A stretch of DNA of 64,000 nucleotides from Rhodospirillaceae bacterium (GCA_018649725.1 JABIHH010000017.1:40469-104468), one strand, 5' to 3'; numbered from the stretch's first letter, positions 39,634-49,185 are shown. Notes: generated from the letters alone by a model not told the origin. Translations and numbers: made by a program.

Positions 39634-40332
39634 TCACTCAACGATGGGCGGATTTTCAAGCACCGCGAATAATCGTTTTTGTGATTTGCTGATATGTTTA
39701 TTGATTAAACTGGTGACCTTGGAGCGATCCCTCGCCTGCAACGCGTCGATGATCTCGCAATGCTCGGCAACGAATTTCTCTGATGCTGCGGCGCTTGGAT
39801 TTGCACTGGGGGCATTGGCAACTCCGACAAAGGTCAGGCGATCAAATTGGTCGATAACTTCATTAGCCATTTTGGCCATCCGCGCATTGCCTGAAAGCTC
39901 AGCGATGCGGCGGTGGAAGTCACGGTTATATTGAACCCAATGGGCGAGATCCCCTTCTTCAACTTTGCGGAACTCATCAAGCGATGCCAAGCCTTCATCG
40001 CTCGCCTCATCACAGGCGCGGCGGATGCAGGATTTCTCCAAAAGCAGGCGCATCTCATAAAGATCATGCGCATCGCCAATCGAAATCGGACGAATGAGAT
40101 AGCCTTTGCGCGGCAGCACTTCGATCAGGCCCTGCTCTTGCAAACGCAGAAGCGCATCTCGGACCGGCGATTTGCTGACATTGTAGCGTTGGGCAAGATC
40201 GTTCTCAAAAACCCGCGCGCCGGGCGCCAAAATACAGGCAAGAATGTCGGCACGGATCTTCTCATAAACCCCGTCCCGGATGAGACCGGATCCATTCTCC
40301 GTCTGAACACCATTTGCCAAATTATCGAGCAT
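39634..40332 (-). CDS. GntR family regulator (FCD domain)
   Basis: LAQRYNVSKSPVRDAL..L..QGLI...PRKGY; NRDFH...EHCEII. Confidence 0.9.
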   Translation of the reverse strand: MLDNLANGVQTENGSGLIRDGVYEKIRADILACILAPGARVFENDLAQRYNVSKSPVRDALLRLQEQGLIEVLPRKGYLIRPISIGDAHDLYEMRLLLEKSCIRRACDEASDEGLASLDEFRKVEEGDLAHWVQYNRDFHRRIAELSGNARMAKMANEVIDQFDRLTFVGVANAPSANPSAAASEKFVAEHCEIIDALQARDRSKVTSLINKHISKSQKRLFAVLENPPIVE

Positions 40333-40609
40333 ATCTGCCTACTGAAATATCTAGTAGCGTCATTTTTAACCTAAATTTAGAGATTAAATCAAGGTTTTCT
40401 TGTATATTTTCTTAATTTAGAAATATTTAAAATTATATTTTTTTAATATCTGAAATATCACTGATAGAGTCTAAAAAACCTATACCTTTGATTCCAAACG
40501 ACAAATGATTAAGTGACAGTCGCCTAATTGCTAAAATTTTCTATTTATCAATTTAGGAATAGAACGCTACACTCTAAAGAAATCGATAAGAAAACTTCGG
40601 GAGTATGAC

Positions 40610-40915
40610 ATGAGTGGAAACCATGATATTGGCGGATTGCAGGCCGGGCCGATAAATACCGATGAGGGCGATCCTGAACCGTGGCAAAAAATGTTAACCG
40701 CGGTCTATGGAGCGCTGGTATCGAGAGGCCATGGCAATGTTGATCAATTGCGCCGCCATCTCGAAGCGCTGTCCAAGGAACAATATGAGTTGCCTTATTA
40801 CGAACGTTGGGTTGAGGCCATGTGCAATCTGATGGAAGAAAAGGGTTTGCTCACCAGAGAAGAAATCGCAAACCGCATGACGGCCCTCAAAGCTGAGATG
40901 GAGAATACGGGATGA
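40610..40915 (+). CDS. Nitrile hydratase beta N-terminal-half subunit (ScnB-like)
   Basis: HDIGG, EPWQK, DQLRRHLE, PYYERW. Confidence 0.85.
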   Translation: MSGNHDIGGLQAGPINTDEGDPEPWQKMLTAVYGALVSRGHGNVDQLRRHLEALSKEQYELPYYERWVEAMCNLMEEKGLLTREEIANRMTALKAEMENTG

Positions 40916-41229
40916 ATGACGCATCGCTCCCAGAACCGTCAGATCCGCTCTATAAAATTGGCGATATCGTCCGCATTAAAGTGGCCCATCCGCCGGGTCA
41001 TCGCCGAACGCCGGATTATATCAAAGGCAAGACCGGCACAATTGAGCGCTATTGCGGCGCTTTTATCAATCCAGAAGAACGTGCCTATGGCTTCGATGGT
41101 ATCCCTAAAAAGCATCTCTATCGGGTACGCTTTGATCAATCCCAAATCTGGGGACACTATGACGGGCCCGAGGAAGACACTCTCGATCTCGAAATTTACG
41201 AACATTGGCTTGAAGGAAAAAGCCTATGA
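40912..41229 (+). CDS. Nitrile hydratase beta C-terminal SH3-like subunit (ScnA-like)
   Basis: GHRRTPDYIKGKTG, LYRVRF...IW, LEIYEHWLE. Confidence 0.88.
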   Translation: MNDASLPEPSDPLYKIGDIVRIKVAHPPGHRRTPDYIKGKTGTIERYCGAFINPEERAYGFDGIPKKHLYRVRFDQSQIWGHYDGPEEDTLDLEIYEHWLEGKSL

Positions 41230-41906
41230 GTTCTAATGACGAGCACGAGCACGAACACGAACACGATCATGATCACGGCCATAAAGAAGATGGCTCACCA
41301 CTAAATTACGCTGATGATAGTCGCCACGATTATGATGAAGCCAGCCACTACCCCCTAATAACAGAAGCCATTCGCCAGCTTTTGATCGAAAAGGAAATCG
41401 TAAAAACGGGAGATGTCCAAGAGCGCCTTGATTTTATGGATTCGCGGGGCATAGAGCTTGGCGCGGAGATCGTTGTAAAGGCCTGGACTGATCCGGACTA
41501 TAAAGCGCGCTTGTTAAAAGACGGCACCGCTGCTGTCGCCGAGCTCGATATCCCAATGGCAGATGCCGAGCTTGTTGTCGTTGAGAATACCAATGATGTT
41601 CACAATTTGATTGTCTGCACTTTGTGCTCTTGTTACCCGCGCACAATATTGGGATTACCGCCGGATTGGTACAAAAGTAAAAATTATCGCTCCCGCGCTG
41701 TGAATGAACCTCGAGCCGTACTGCGTGAATTCGGCACAAATTTACCCGATGGCGTTGCCGTGCGGGTCCATGACAGCAATGCCGACATGCGCTACCTCGT
41801 TCTGCCAGCCCGCCCCGTTGGCTCCGAGAAAATGAACGAGGCCGAGCTTACTGAGCTTATCACGCGCGACAATCTCGTCGGTGCGACAATACCAAGTCTC
41901 GCATGA
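41226..41906 (+). CDS. Co-type nitrile hydratase alpha / thiocyanate hydrolase gamma (ScnC-like) subunit
   Basis: VCTLCSCYPR metal site, AWTDP.YKARLL, RYLVLP.RP; His-rich N-terminus. Confidence 0.92.
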   Translation: MSSNDEHEHEHEHDHDHGHKEDGSPLNYADDSRHDYDEASHYPLITEAIRQLLIEKEIVKTGDVQERLDFMDSRGIELGAEIVVKAWTDPDYKARLLKDGTAAVAELDIPMADAELVVVENTNDVHNLIVCTLCSCYPRTILGLPPDWYKSKNYRSRAVNEPRAVLREFGTNLPDGVAVRVHDSNADMRYLVLPARPVGSEKMNEAELTELITRDNLVGATIPSLA

Positions 41907-41909
41907 CGC

Positions 41910-42530
41910 ATGACCCTGGATTTCTACCTCACCTCGCTGATCGTTGTGCTCGTGCCGGGCACGGGGGTTGTGTATACGATATCTCAAGGATTATTCCGCG
42001 GCCCGCTTGCTAGTGTGGTCGGAGCCTTTGGCTGCACGCTTGGCATCCTGCCCCATATTGCGGCGAGCCTGCTTGGCATTGCAGCTTTGCTCCACACCAG
42101 CGCAATCATTTTCCAAACTTTCAAATTCATCGGCGTGGCTTATTTATTTTACCTCGCTTGGGGGATTTGGCGGGAAAGCGGTACCATGAAATTCAAGCGT
42201 CCCGATCAGCAAGAGGAACACCGGGCAAATCTCCCGCGTATTTGCCTTGGCGGTTTTTTGATCAACATTCTAAATCCAAAACTCTCGATTTTTTTTCTGG
42301 CGTTTTTACCGCAATTTGTGCCGGCAGGCGAAGCCCAACCCCTCCCCCTGATGATCGGCATGAGCGCTATTTTTATGGGGCTGACACTCGGCATCTTCAT
42401 TCTTTATGGCTTGGCAGCCGCAAAAGTCAGCGCTTACGTAACCGCTTCGCCAACAGCAACTAAATGGATCCAACGCAGCTTCGCCGGTGCCTTTGCAGCC
42501 TTTGGTGCAAAACTAGCGCTAACAGATTAA
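41910..42530 (+). CDS. LysE/RhtB family translocator
   Basis: PGTG, GFLINILNPKLSIFFLAFLPQF. Confidence 0.9.
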   Translation: MTLDFYLTSLIVVLVPGTGVVYTISQGLFRGPLASVVGAFGCTLGILPHIAASLLGIAALLHTSAIIFQTFKFIGVAYLFYLAWGIWRESGTMKFKRPDQQEEHRANLPRICLGGFLINILNPKLSIFFLAFLPQFVPAGEAQPLPLMIGMSAIFMGLTLGIFILYGLAAAKVSAYVTASPTATKWIQRSFAGAFAAFGAKLALTD

Positions 42531-42567
42531 TACCGCCGCATATGGGATCAGAAATTTGGACGAGCGC

Positions 42568-43071
42568 TTAATGGCTTTTAGAAGCACTGCGCCATTTAAC
42601 GTGAATATCGTAGAGGCCATTTAAGAGATCTTTTCCGACTGGACCACCATCTCCGATGAGATTGTCCGAGTTCACTCTGGCCAGGGTATCAATGTAGAGC
42701 TCAATAATTTTCAGGGCAAAATCATCTGGCTGTTCCGGGATCTCCTCGATAAACCGGCAGAGTTGATTAGCTATATTTGTCGCCAAATCATAGCCAAACG
42801 TGCCGCCTTTGCCTTTGATGTTATGAGCAACACCAAAAATTTCCCCAAGATAGAGCGCCTGATCCGTCTCGGTGTTCGAAAGCTCGGCAAAGGATTGCCT
42901 TAATGTGTCGATATCGTCAGCAGCATGTATTAAATACTCATCCGAGAGAGCGAGCAACTCCTCCTCCGCTTTTTCCAGCACCGCATCTGTTACCGCGTGC
43001 GGCCCGTCAAAAATGACTTTGTCTTTTATGCTGGATGGTGGCTCAATTTTTTTGGCAGCTGACCGTGCCAT
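42568..43071 (-). CDS. Hpt-domain protein
   Basis: AHNIKGKGGTFGY phospho-accepting His motif. Confidence 0.8.
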   Translation of the reverse strand: MARSAAKKIEPPSSIKDKVIFDGPHAVTDAVLEKAEEELLALSDEYLIHAADDIDTLRQSFAELSNTETDQALYLGEIFGVAHNIKGKGGTFGYDLATNIANQLCRFIEEIPEQPDDFALKIIELYIDTLARVNSDNLIGDGGPVGKDLLNGLYDIHVKWRSASKSH

Positions 43072-43195
43072 GGTGTCGTCCCTCGTATTTACCCGATACC
43101 CACAATGATATTCATTAATGTGAAAAATTACTAGAATTATTCGAATTTTAGGGGGTTTAGCCTAGTGGATTAGCGAAGTCTTTAATTATTTCCAA

Positions 43196-44881
43196 TCACC
43201 CCACCTCATCCGTCTCAAAGACAATCTCGCCCTTATCCCCCTGCTCCAACCGTGTCACCACACACCAGTTTTCGTCATCGGTGTCTTGGAAATCGAGGCG
43301 GAAGTGGGCGCCGCGGCTTTCTTGGCGGTTGAGGGCAGCGGTGCCCAGCAAGCGGCCTAGCAAAGAGAGATTTTTGATCGAGAGGGCGCTTTCGAGTTCT
43401 TGGCCGAGGGCTTTGTCGGAACTTTGTGCGTCATCCGAGAGGCGCATGGTGGGCACGTCTTCGGCGTCGATGCGTTGATATTCGGCAATTGCCTCGATGC
43501 ATTGTTCTTTGGTCCGGATCGAGCCCAACTTTTCATGGGCCAGCATGCGGCAGTTCAAACGGACATCGGCTTGCAGCGGACCATCGCGCCTCGCAATCAG
43601 GCCGCTGAGCCAATCGGCGGCATCTTCGGGAATGGTAACGGGAGAGGATTTATTTTGGCCAACCAGCTTGGCCGCCGCCTTCCCTGCGCGCCTTCCAAAA
43701 ACCAGCGATGCCGAGAGCGCCGAGCCGCCAATGCGATTGCCTCCGTGAATGCCGCCCGCGGTCTCACCCGCTGCCCAAAGACCGTCAATTGGCGTCTTGC
43801 CGTCGATATCAATCTCAAGCCCACCCAGCCAGGTGTGCGAGCCTGGGGCTACTTCGAGCGGCACCTTGGTAATATCAATGCCGCGGTGGAGACAGGTTTT
43901 GTAGACATGCGGAATGGCTTTTTGGATGGTCTCCAAAGGCACGTGGGTCGCATCCATAAAAATGCCGCCGGTCAACCCGGCCCGTCCTGCATGGATTTCA
44001 CGCGCCATGGCGAGGATGACTTCGGCGCGGGTCGAATGCTCGGCTGTCTCCGGGTAATAGCGTTTTAGGAACTCTTCGCCGTCCTGGTTTTTAAAGACCG
44101 CGCCGGCATTAATAAAGCCAGTCGGATGGGGGGCGAAACCAAACAGCTCTTCCGGTGAGCAGCACATCGCCTGAAAGTCGATCATTTCGATGCCCAAAAG
44201 CGGTGCGCCTGCCCGGTAGCCCAAGACATAGCCATCACCGGTGACTTGCGGCGGGTTGTCATTGACATAAAACAGGCCAGAGCCACCGCCGGTGCAGAGA
44301 ATAACCTCCTTAGCCGCATAAGAGACCAAGGTGCCGGTGCCATATTCCACACCCCAGGCGCCAACAACGCGGTCGCCGTCTTTGACCAGATCAACGATTG
44401 AAGTCAGCGAGTGTTTTTCGATGCGGTCATCGCCGCGCAGTTTTTTTGACAAGGCTTTGGTCAGCATATTGCCGGTCGTATCATAATGATGCACGGCCCG
44501 GGGCTGTGAATGGCCGGGGAAAGATTTGAGATCGAGCGAACCGTCTTCGGCTTTAACAAAATCCGTGCCCCAGCTTTCCAGATCATTGACGACTTCAACA
44601 ATGTCGCGGGTCCAAACTTCGGCGAGTTTTGGATCGATTAATTCGCCGCCATGCTCGAGAATTTCTTGTAAGTGCAACTCGGGGCTATCGTCTTTACCCA
44701 TCGCTGCGGCAAAGCCACCCCTGGCCACCGTCGTCGTGCCACTGGTTGCCCGCCCTTTGGTGACCTGGATGCTCCGCACGCCGGCTTCGGCACATTCAAA
44801 TGCCGCCATGGTCGCCGCTGCACCGCCGCCGACAATCAGGATATCAGTTTCATAAGATCTTTTTTGTATTTCAGTGGTCAT
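43196..44881 (-). CDS. Stand-alone FAD oxidoreductase, SdhA/FrdA/NadB family
   Basis: IVGGGAA, LCTGG, TGDG, HTWLGG, AAGE..GGIHGGNRIGG, ESRGAHFR. Confidence 0.88.
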   Translation of the reverse strand: MTTEIQKRSYETDILIVGGGAAATMAAFECAEAGVRSIQVTKGRATSGTTTVARGGFAAAMGKDDSPELHLQEILEHGGELIDPKLAEVWTRDIVEVVNDLESWGTDFVKAEDGSLDLKSFPGHSQPRAVHHYDTTGNMLTKALSKKLRGDDRIEKHSLTSIVDLVKDGDRVVGAWGVEYGTGTLVSYAAKEVILCTGGGSGLFYVNDNPPQVTGDGYVLGYRAGAPLLGIEMIDFQAMCCSPEELFGFAPHPTGFINAGAVFKNQDGEEFLKRYYPETAEHSTRAEVILAMAREIHAGRAGLTGGIFMDATHVPLETIQKAIPHVYKTCLHRGIDITKVPLEVAPGSHTWLGGLEIDIDGKTPIDGLWAAGETAGGIHGGNRIGGSALSASLVFGRRAGKAAAKLVGQNKSSPVTIPEDAADWLSGLIARRDGPLQADVRLNCRMLAHEKLGSIRTKEQCIEAIAEYQRIDAEDVPTMRLSDDAQSSDKALGQELESALSIKNLSLLGRLLGTAALNRQESRGAHFRLDFQDTDDENWCVVTRLEQGDKGEIVFETDEVG

Positions 44882-44894
44882 TTTACTCTCAAAT

Positions 44895-46136
44895 TTATTT
44901 TGGCATAAGCTCCAGAAACTCATCGACGCAGGCATCGGCGAATTCAGTGTCATTTATTTGCAGATCAAATTCTTTGACCTCGCCGGAGGTAAGATTGGCT
45001 TTGACAGCATCGGTAAAACATTGATCGGTCTCGGGCTGTAGCCAGGTACCGATCTCATTGCCATCGAGGTCTTGGGTTTTGCGAATGATGTGCTGGGAGA
45101 AACCTTTGCTGGGAATCATCACGGTGACCGGGCCTTGCGCTGGATTGAGCCGCTCGGCGACCATCTCGCCCAGCTCCGTCATCTCAGCGGCGTTAGTTCG
45201 CATCAAGAGGATTTCCATATTATATTGGTAGAACTCTCGACCCTTGAAACGCTCAGGACATTCGCCGACCCACCAATTGGTGTGATCAATCGCGCCCGGC
45301 ACGACAACTTGCGGCAGACCCGCCGCGCCCGCCTGGGTGAGCCGGTCGTCACCGGTCCGGTAGACGCCGTCATTGATAATGTCACAGAGCTCAGAGGTGG
45401 TAATATCGATGACACCAGCGAGCTCTTTTTTTCCGGCCAGATTCTCAAGTGCTTTGCCGCCTGGACCGGAAGCATGGAAGTGCATGACCTCAAAGCCTTC
45501 GCCTTCAAGCCGCTCGGTCACCCGGTCGACACATTTTTGCAAATTGCCAAATGACGAGACACCAATCAAAGGGGCGGCATCTTGGGCGCGGTCTTGCCGG
45601 GCCTCTGATGCTTGAGCCATGCCGTACACCGCATAGCAGGCGTTTTCCATGACGGATTTAGTGATCCGGTTCATCACGATATCGCTGATGGTTGGGAACA
45701 TGGCGATATCACTTTCCGCGACATACCATTGCACGGCAGCCGTCGCCGCCACCGGGGTCACCATGACTTTTGGGAACAGCGCTGGAAGCGCTCGCATCAT
45801 GCCGCAAAAGACCGTGCAGCCATTGGCCCCGCCGACCGCGATCGCGCCCGAGATCTCGCCCGCGTCATAAGCCGCCACCAAAGCTTCAGTACCACCTTTG
45901 ATCATGGTTTCGGCAGCCTCACTGCGCTCCATCTCGCCGACATCCGTCCAACGCGAGCCTGATTTTGCAGCCAAAGCATCACCACCGATATCCGCACCGA
46001 CAATCCCATGCGGTTTGAGCGATAAATCCATCAGCCAAGGCTCAACGCCTAAGCCTTTCAGCACGTCGCACATATAAGTGGCGGCTTCTGATTTACTGTC
46101 CAATGTCGCCAATACAGCGATCTTTGTTAACGGCAT
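44895..46136 (-). CDS. Tm-1-like ATP-binding domain protein (UPF0261)
   Basis: LATLDSKSE, LP..FPKVMV, FHASGPGG, IDITTSE, PQVVVPGA. Confidence 0.85.
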   Translation of the reverse strand: MPLTKIAVLATLDSKSEAATYMCDVLKGLGVEPWLMDLSLKPHGIVGADIGGDALAAKSGSRWTDVGEMERSEAAETMIKGGTEALVAAYDAGEISGAIAVGGANGCTVFCGMMRALPALFPKVMVTPVAATAAVQWYVAESDIAMFPTISDIVMNRITKSVMENACYAVYGMAQASEARQDRAQDAAPLIGVSSFGNLQKCVDRVTERLEGEGFEVMHFHASGPGGKALENLAGKKELAGVIDITTSELCDIINDGVYRTGDDRLTQAGAAGLPQVVVPGAIDHTNWWVGECPERFKGREFYQYNMEILLMRTNAAEMTELGEMVAERLNPAQGPVTVMIPSKGFSQHIIRKTQDLDGNEIGTWLQPETDQCFTDAVKANLTSGEVKEFDLQINDTEFADACVDEFLELMPK

Positions 46137-46246
46137 ATTTTCCTCATCTATTCTGCCTTGCCTATAGATCACAAAGTTATTTCTTTTAAAAGAGGGTCGC
46201 GGAATATAAAACGGCGCATGTTCATTTAACAAAGGGGTATAAAATT

Positions 46247-46996
46247 ATGCGCTTAGAAAATAAGAAAGCAATCGTCACCGGAGCGGGTGGCGGCATTGGC
46301 CGGGCAATCTGTGTCGACTTCGCCAAAGAAGGCGCGGCAGTCATCTGCCTCGACATCAATGAGGAAACTGTCACCGAAACCGCCAAACAAGTAACCGATC
46401 TTGGCGGCAAAGCAATTGCCATGGTGGCTGATGTCGCTGAAGAGGCTTCTGCCGAGGCGGCGGTCAAAATGGCTGTCGATAATTTTGGTGGGCTTAATGT
46501 TTTGGTTTCGAACGCCATCACCGACATTCCTTATGTGCCGCTCACCGAGATTGACGCCGATGATTGGCGCCGCCTGATGGATGTGAATTTCAACAGCTCA
46601 TTTTTGTTCTGTAAGCACGCCATCCCTGAAATGGAAAAAGACGGCGGCGGCAGCATTATACTCGTTGCCTCTCAATTGGGCCGGGTCGCGCGCCCAGGCC
46701 GACCTTGGTATTGCGGTGCCAAAGGCGGCCTCATCAATATGGCCCGCGCCATTGCGCTCGATCACGCTAAGCAAGGCATTCGCTGCAATGCGCTATCGCC
46801 GGGACCGATTGAGACCGACCGCTATGTCAGCAATTTTGACAACGTTGAACATGCCCGTGAAAACAACTTCACATTGTTTGAGCGTTTGGGCCTGCCGGAG
46901 GAAATTTCACCCGGCGCGGTCTTCCTGGCAAGTGATGAAAGTTCTTTCATGACAGGTTCAGATTTGTTGATTGATGGCGGCTTTACGGCTGTTTAG
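46247..46996 (+). CDS. Short-chain dehydrogenase/reductase (SDR)
   Basis: VTGAGGGIG, YCGAK, IRCNALSPG, IDGG. Confidence 0.93.
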   Translation: MRLENKKAIVTGAGGGIGRAICVDFAKEGAAVICLDINEETVTETAKQVTDLGGKAIAMVADVAEEASAEAAVKMAVDNFGGLNVLVSNAITDIPYVPLTEIDADDWRRLMDVNFNSSFLFCKHAIPEMEKDGGGSIILVASQLGRVARPGRPWYCGAKGGLINMARAIALDHAKQGIRCNALSPGPIETDRYVSNFDNVEHARENNFTLFERLGLPEEISPGAVFLASDESSFMTGSDLLIDGGFTAV

Positions 46997-47108
46997 TCCC
47001 ATAATGTAAGATTGGGCTGAGTTACCCGATTTTGATAACCCAGTTGTGCATTTTGACGGTTTGACAGTTGGAAAATCGTTGCTTATGGTCGCCGCCATTC
47101 GAGGTTAG

Positions 47109-47122
47109 GTCTTATATAAGAC
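47109..47122. promoter_or_regulatory. Putative GntR/HutC operator
   Basis: GTCTTATATAAGAC upstream of the DRE-TIM gene. Confidence 0.75.
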
Positions 47123-47223
47123 GAGACATAAGCTTAACCGATCACAGGAATTTTAATATCCGGAGCGCCTGTTTTTATTCGTTTAAGACGGGTCTACGGG
47201 GGGAAAATTAGGAGGAATTATTT

Positions 47224-48453
47224 ATGACTGATACACCTTGGAAACAAGAAGGGTTTTTCACCAGCCCTTGGAACTTCGATCCAGAAGTTACCAAAGATTG
47301 GAAATTTCCAGAAAACATAATCATTCATGACGTGACATTGCGTGATGGTGAGCAGCAAGCTGGTGTTGCGTATAACTATGAAGACAAAATGCGGATCGCC
47401 GAAGGCCTCAACGAGGTTGGCGTTCAGCGTCTTGAAGCCGGTATGCCGGTTGTTTCCAAAGACGACGCCCGCGTGGTTGCCGAATTAGCCAAAAGAACTG
47501 ATTTTGGCCCAAAAGTTTACTCCTTTGCCCGCTGCATGGTTGATGACGTTAAACGCGCTGTCGATTCCGGTGTTAAAGGCGTTATCATGGAAGTGCCGGC
47601 GAGCCCGCACTTGATCGAAAAAGGCTATCGCTGGGAATTGGACCGGGCGATTGATCTTTCTATCGAATCTACTTCTTATGCTCGCGATCAAGGCCTCGAA
47701 GTTGTCTTCTTCCCGATCGATTTCACCCGTTCAGACCTCATTTGGGTTTGCGATTTGATCGAACGCGTTGGTAAAGAAGGCCACATGGATGGTTTGGCTC
47801 TCGTTGACACCATGGGTGCAACCTCGATCCACGCCATGCAGTTCTTCGTCCGTACCATGAAAAACCGCTTCCCGGATATTCCGCTCGAAGCTCACTTCCA
47901 CATGGACTTTGGCATGGGTATCGCCAACACCATCATGGCTCTGTCCGAAGGTGTTGAAGTGATTCAGTCTACTGTTCTGGGTGTCGGTGAACGCGCTGGT
48001 AACGTGCCAATGGAAGAAACGGTTATGGCGCTTAAATGTCTCTACAACATCGACATCGGCATCAAAACTGAGAACTTCAAATCACTTGCCGATATGGTTG
48101 CTGAGATCTCAAATATTCCGATCCTGTCCAACCGCCCAATCGTTGGCGACAATCTGTTTAAGGTTGAGTCCGGCATCATTGCAACATGGTTGCTCAACTG
48201 TGGTTACGAAGATCAAACCGAAGTTGTGCCGTTCCGTCCAAGCATGGTTGGCCAAGCTGAGCCAGAAGCCGTTATGGGTAAAGGTTCCGGCATCGATAAC
48301 TGCAAACATTGGCTGGATAAATTCCAAATTCAAGCTTCTGAAGAGCAAGCCATGGAAGTTCTCATGGCCGTCAAAGAATGGGGCCTTGTCCACAAGCGCC
48401 TGATGAAAGACGAAGAATTCTCTACTCTCGCGAAAGACGTTCTCGAGAACTAA
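47224..48453 (+). CDS. DRE-TIM metallolyase (homocitrate/isopropylmalate synthase-like, no LeuA regulatory domain)
   Basis: DVTLRDGEQ, HFHMDFG (HxH), GERAGN. Confidence 0.85.
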   Translation: MTDTPWKQEGFFTSPWNFDPEVTKDWKFPENIIIHDVTLRDGEQQAGVAYNYEDKMRIAEGLNEVGVQRLEAGMPVVSKDDARVVAELAKRTDFGPKVYSFARCMVDDVKRAVDSGVKGVIMEVPASPHLIEKGYRWELDRAIDLSIESTSYARDQGLEVVFFPIDFTRSDLIWVCDLIERVGKEGHMDGLALVDTMGATSIHAMQFFVRTMKNRFPDIPLEAHFHMDFGMGIANTIMALSEGVEVIQSTVLGVGERAGNVPMEETVMALKCLYNIDIGIKTENFKSLADMVAEISNIPILSNRPIVGDNLFKVESGIIATWLLNCGYEDQTEVVPFRPSMVGQAEPEAVMGKGSGIDNCKHWLDKFQIQASEEQAMEVLMAVKEWGLVHKRLMKDEEFSTLAKDVLEN

Positions 48454-48470
48454 GAGACAGATTATTCAAA

Positions 48471-48504
48471 AAAAGCCCGGTTTCGAAAGAGACCGGGTTT
48501 TTTT
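48471..48504 (+). terminator. Intrinsic terminator
   Basis: cccggtttc..gagaccggg followed by T-tract. Confidence 0.75.
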
Positions 48505-48665
48505 GTGGAAAAAATCCAAAATTGGATTTGTCATCCGAAGTTAGTCGCTCTAAGCTGTTAGCAGCGACGAATTGCTCACGATAAATTGATAAAAGCTTGA
48601 ATGAAGCCAGTTTGTTAGTGCGCATTTAAGAAGTATTTTAGATTTAGATAATGGGGAGAATAGTT

Positions 48666-49124
48666 ATGGCTAAAGCAAAGACAATGGATTCAGAGGGCGG
48701 CAATCTTTATGAACGCGCCAATGATATGTTTGTCAAAGTAACCGCCGGTGATACCGATGGTTCATATGAAGTATGCGAGGAACGCTGCCCGGCGGGGTTT
48801 GCTTCCAGGCCGCATATGCACACCGTTAGCCACGAAACTTTCTACGTCTTGAAAGGCAGTGCAACATTTCTGCTGGGCGAAGAAAAACATGACGGCAATG
48901 TTGGTGACCTGATCCACATCCCACCCGGCGTACCTCATCAGATGATTGCCGGCGATGACGGCGTATCTGTACTGATGGTTTATAGCCCGGGCACCACGGA
49001 AGCGATGTTCGCTGATATGACAGCTTTGACACCCGATGAGCGTGCGGATTTTAAAACCGGCGCTGCTGTTGCCGCCAAACACAACACCATTTGGGTTGAG
49101 AATTTTCCAGAAAACCAGGGCTAA
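48666..49124 (+). CDS. Cupin domain protein
   Basis: HMH...ETFYV...IPPGVPH. Confidence 0.85.
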   Translation: MAKAKTMDSEGGNLYERANDMFVKVTAGDTDGSYEVCEERCPAGFASRPHMHTVSHETFYVLKGSATFLLGEEKHDGNVGDLIHIPPGVPHQMIAGDDGVSVLMVYSPGTTEAMFADMTALTPDERADFKTGAAVAAKHNTIWVENFPENQG

Positions 49125-49185
49125 CCTGGGAGACAATTGTGCTAACACCATGCAATTCAATTTAAAAACAGATAAGGGGTAGAAC

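Noticed and set aside
43196-44881. sdhA/frdA/nadB gene symbol
   Set aside because: No partner subunits or nad genes nearby and several catalytic motifs differ
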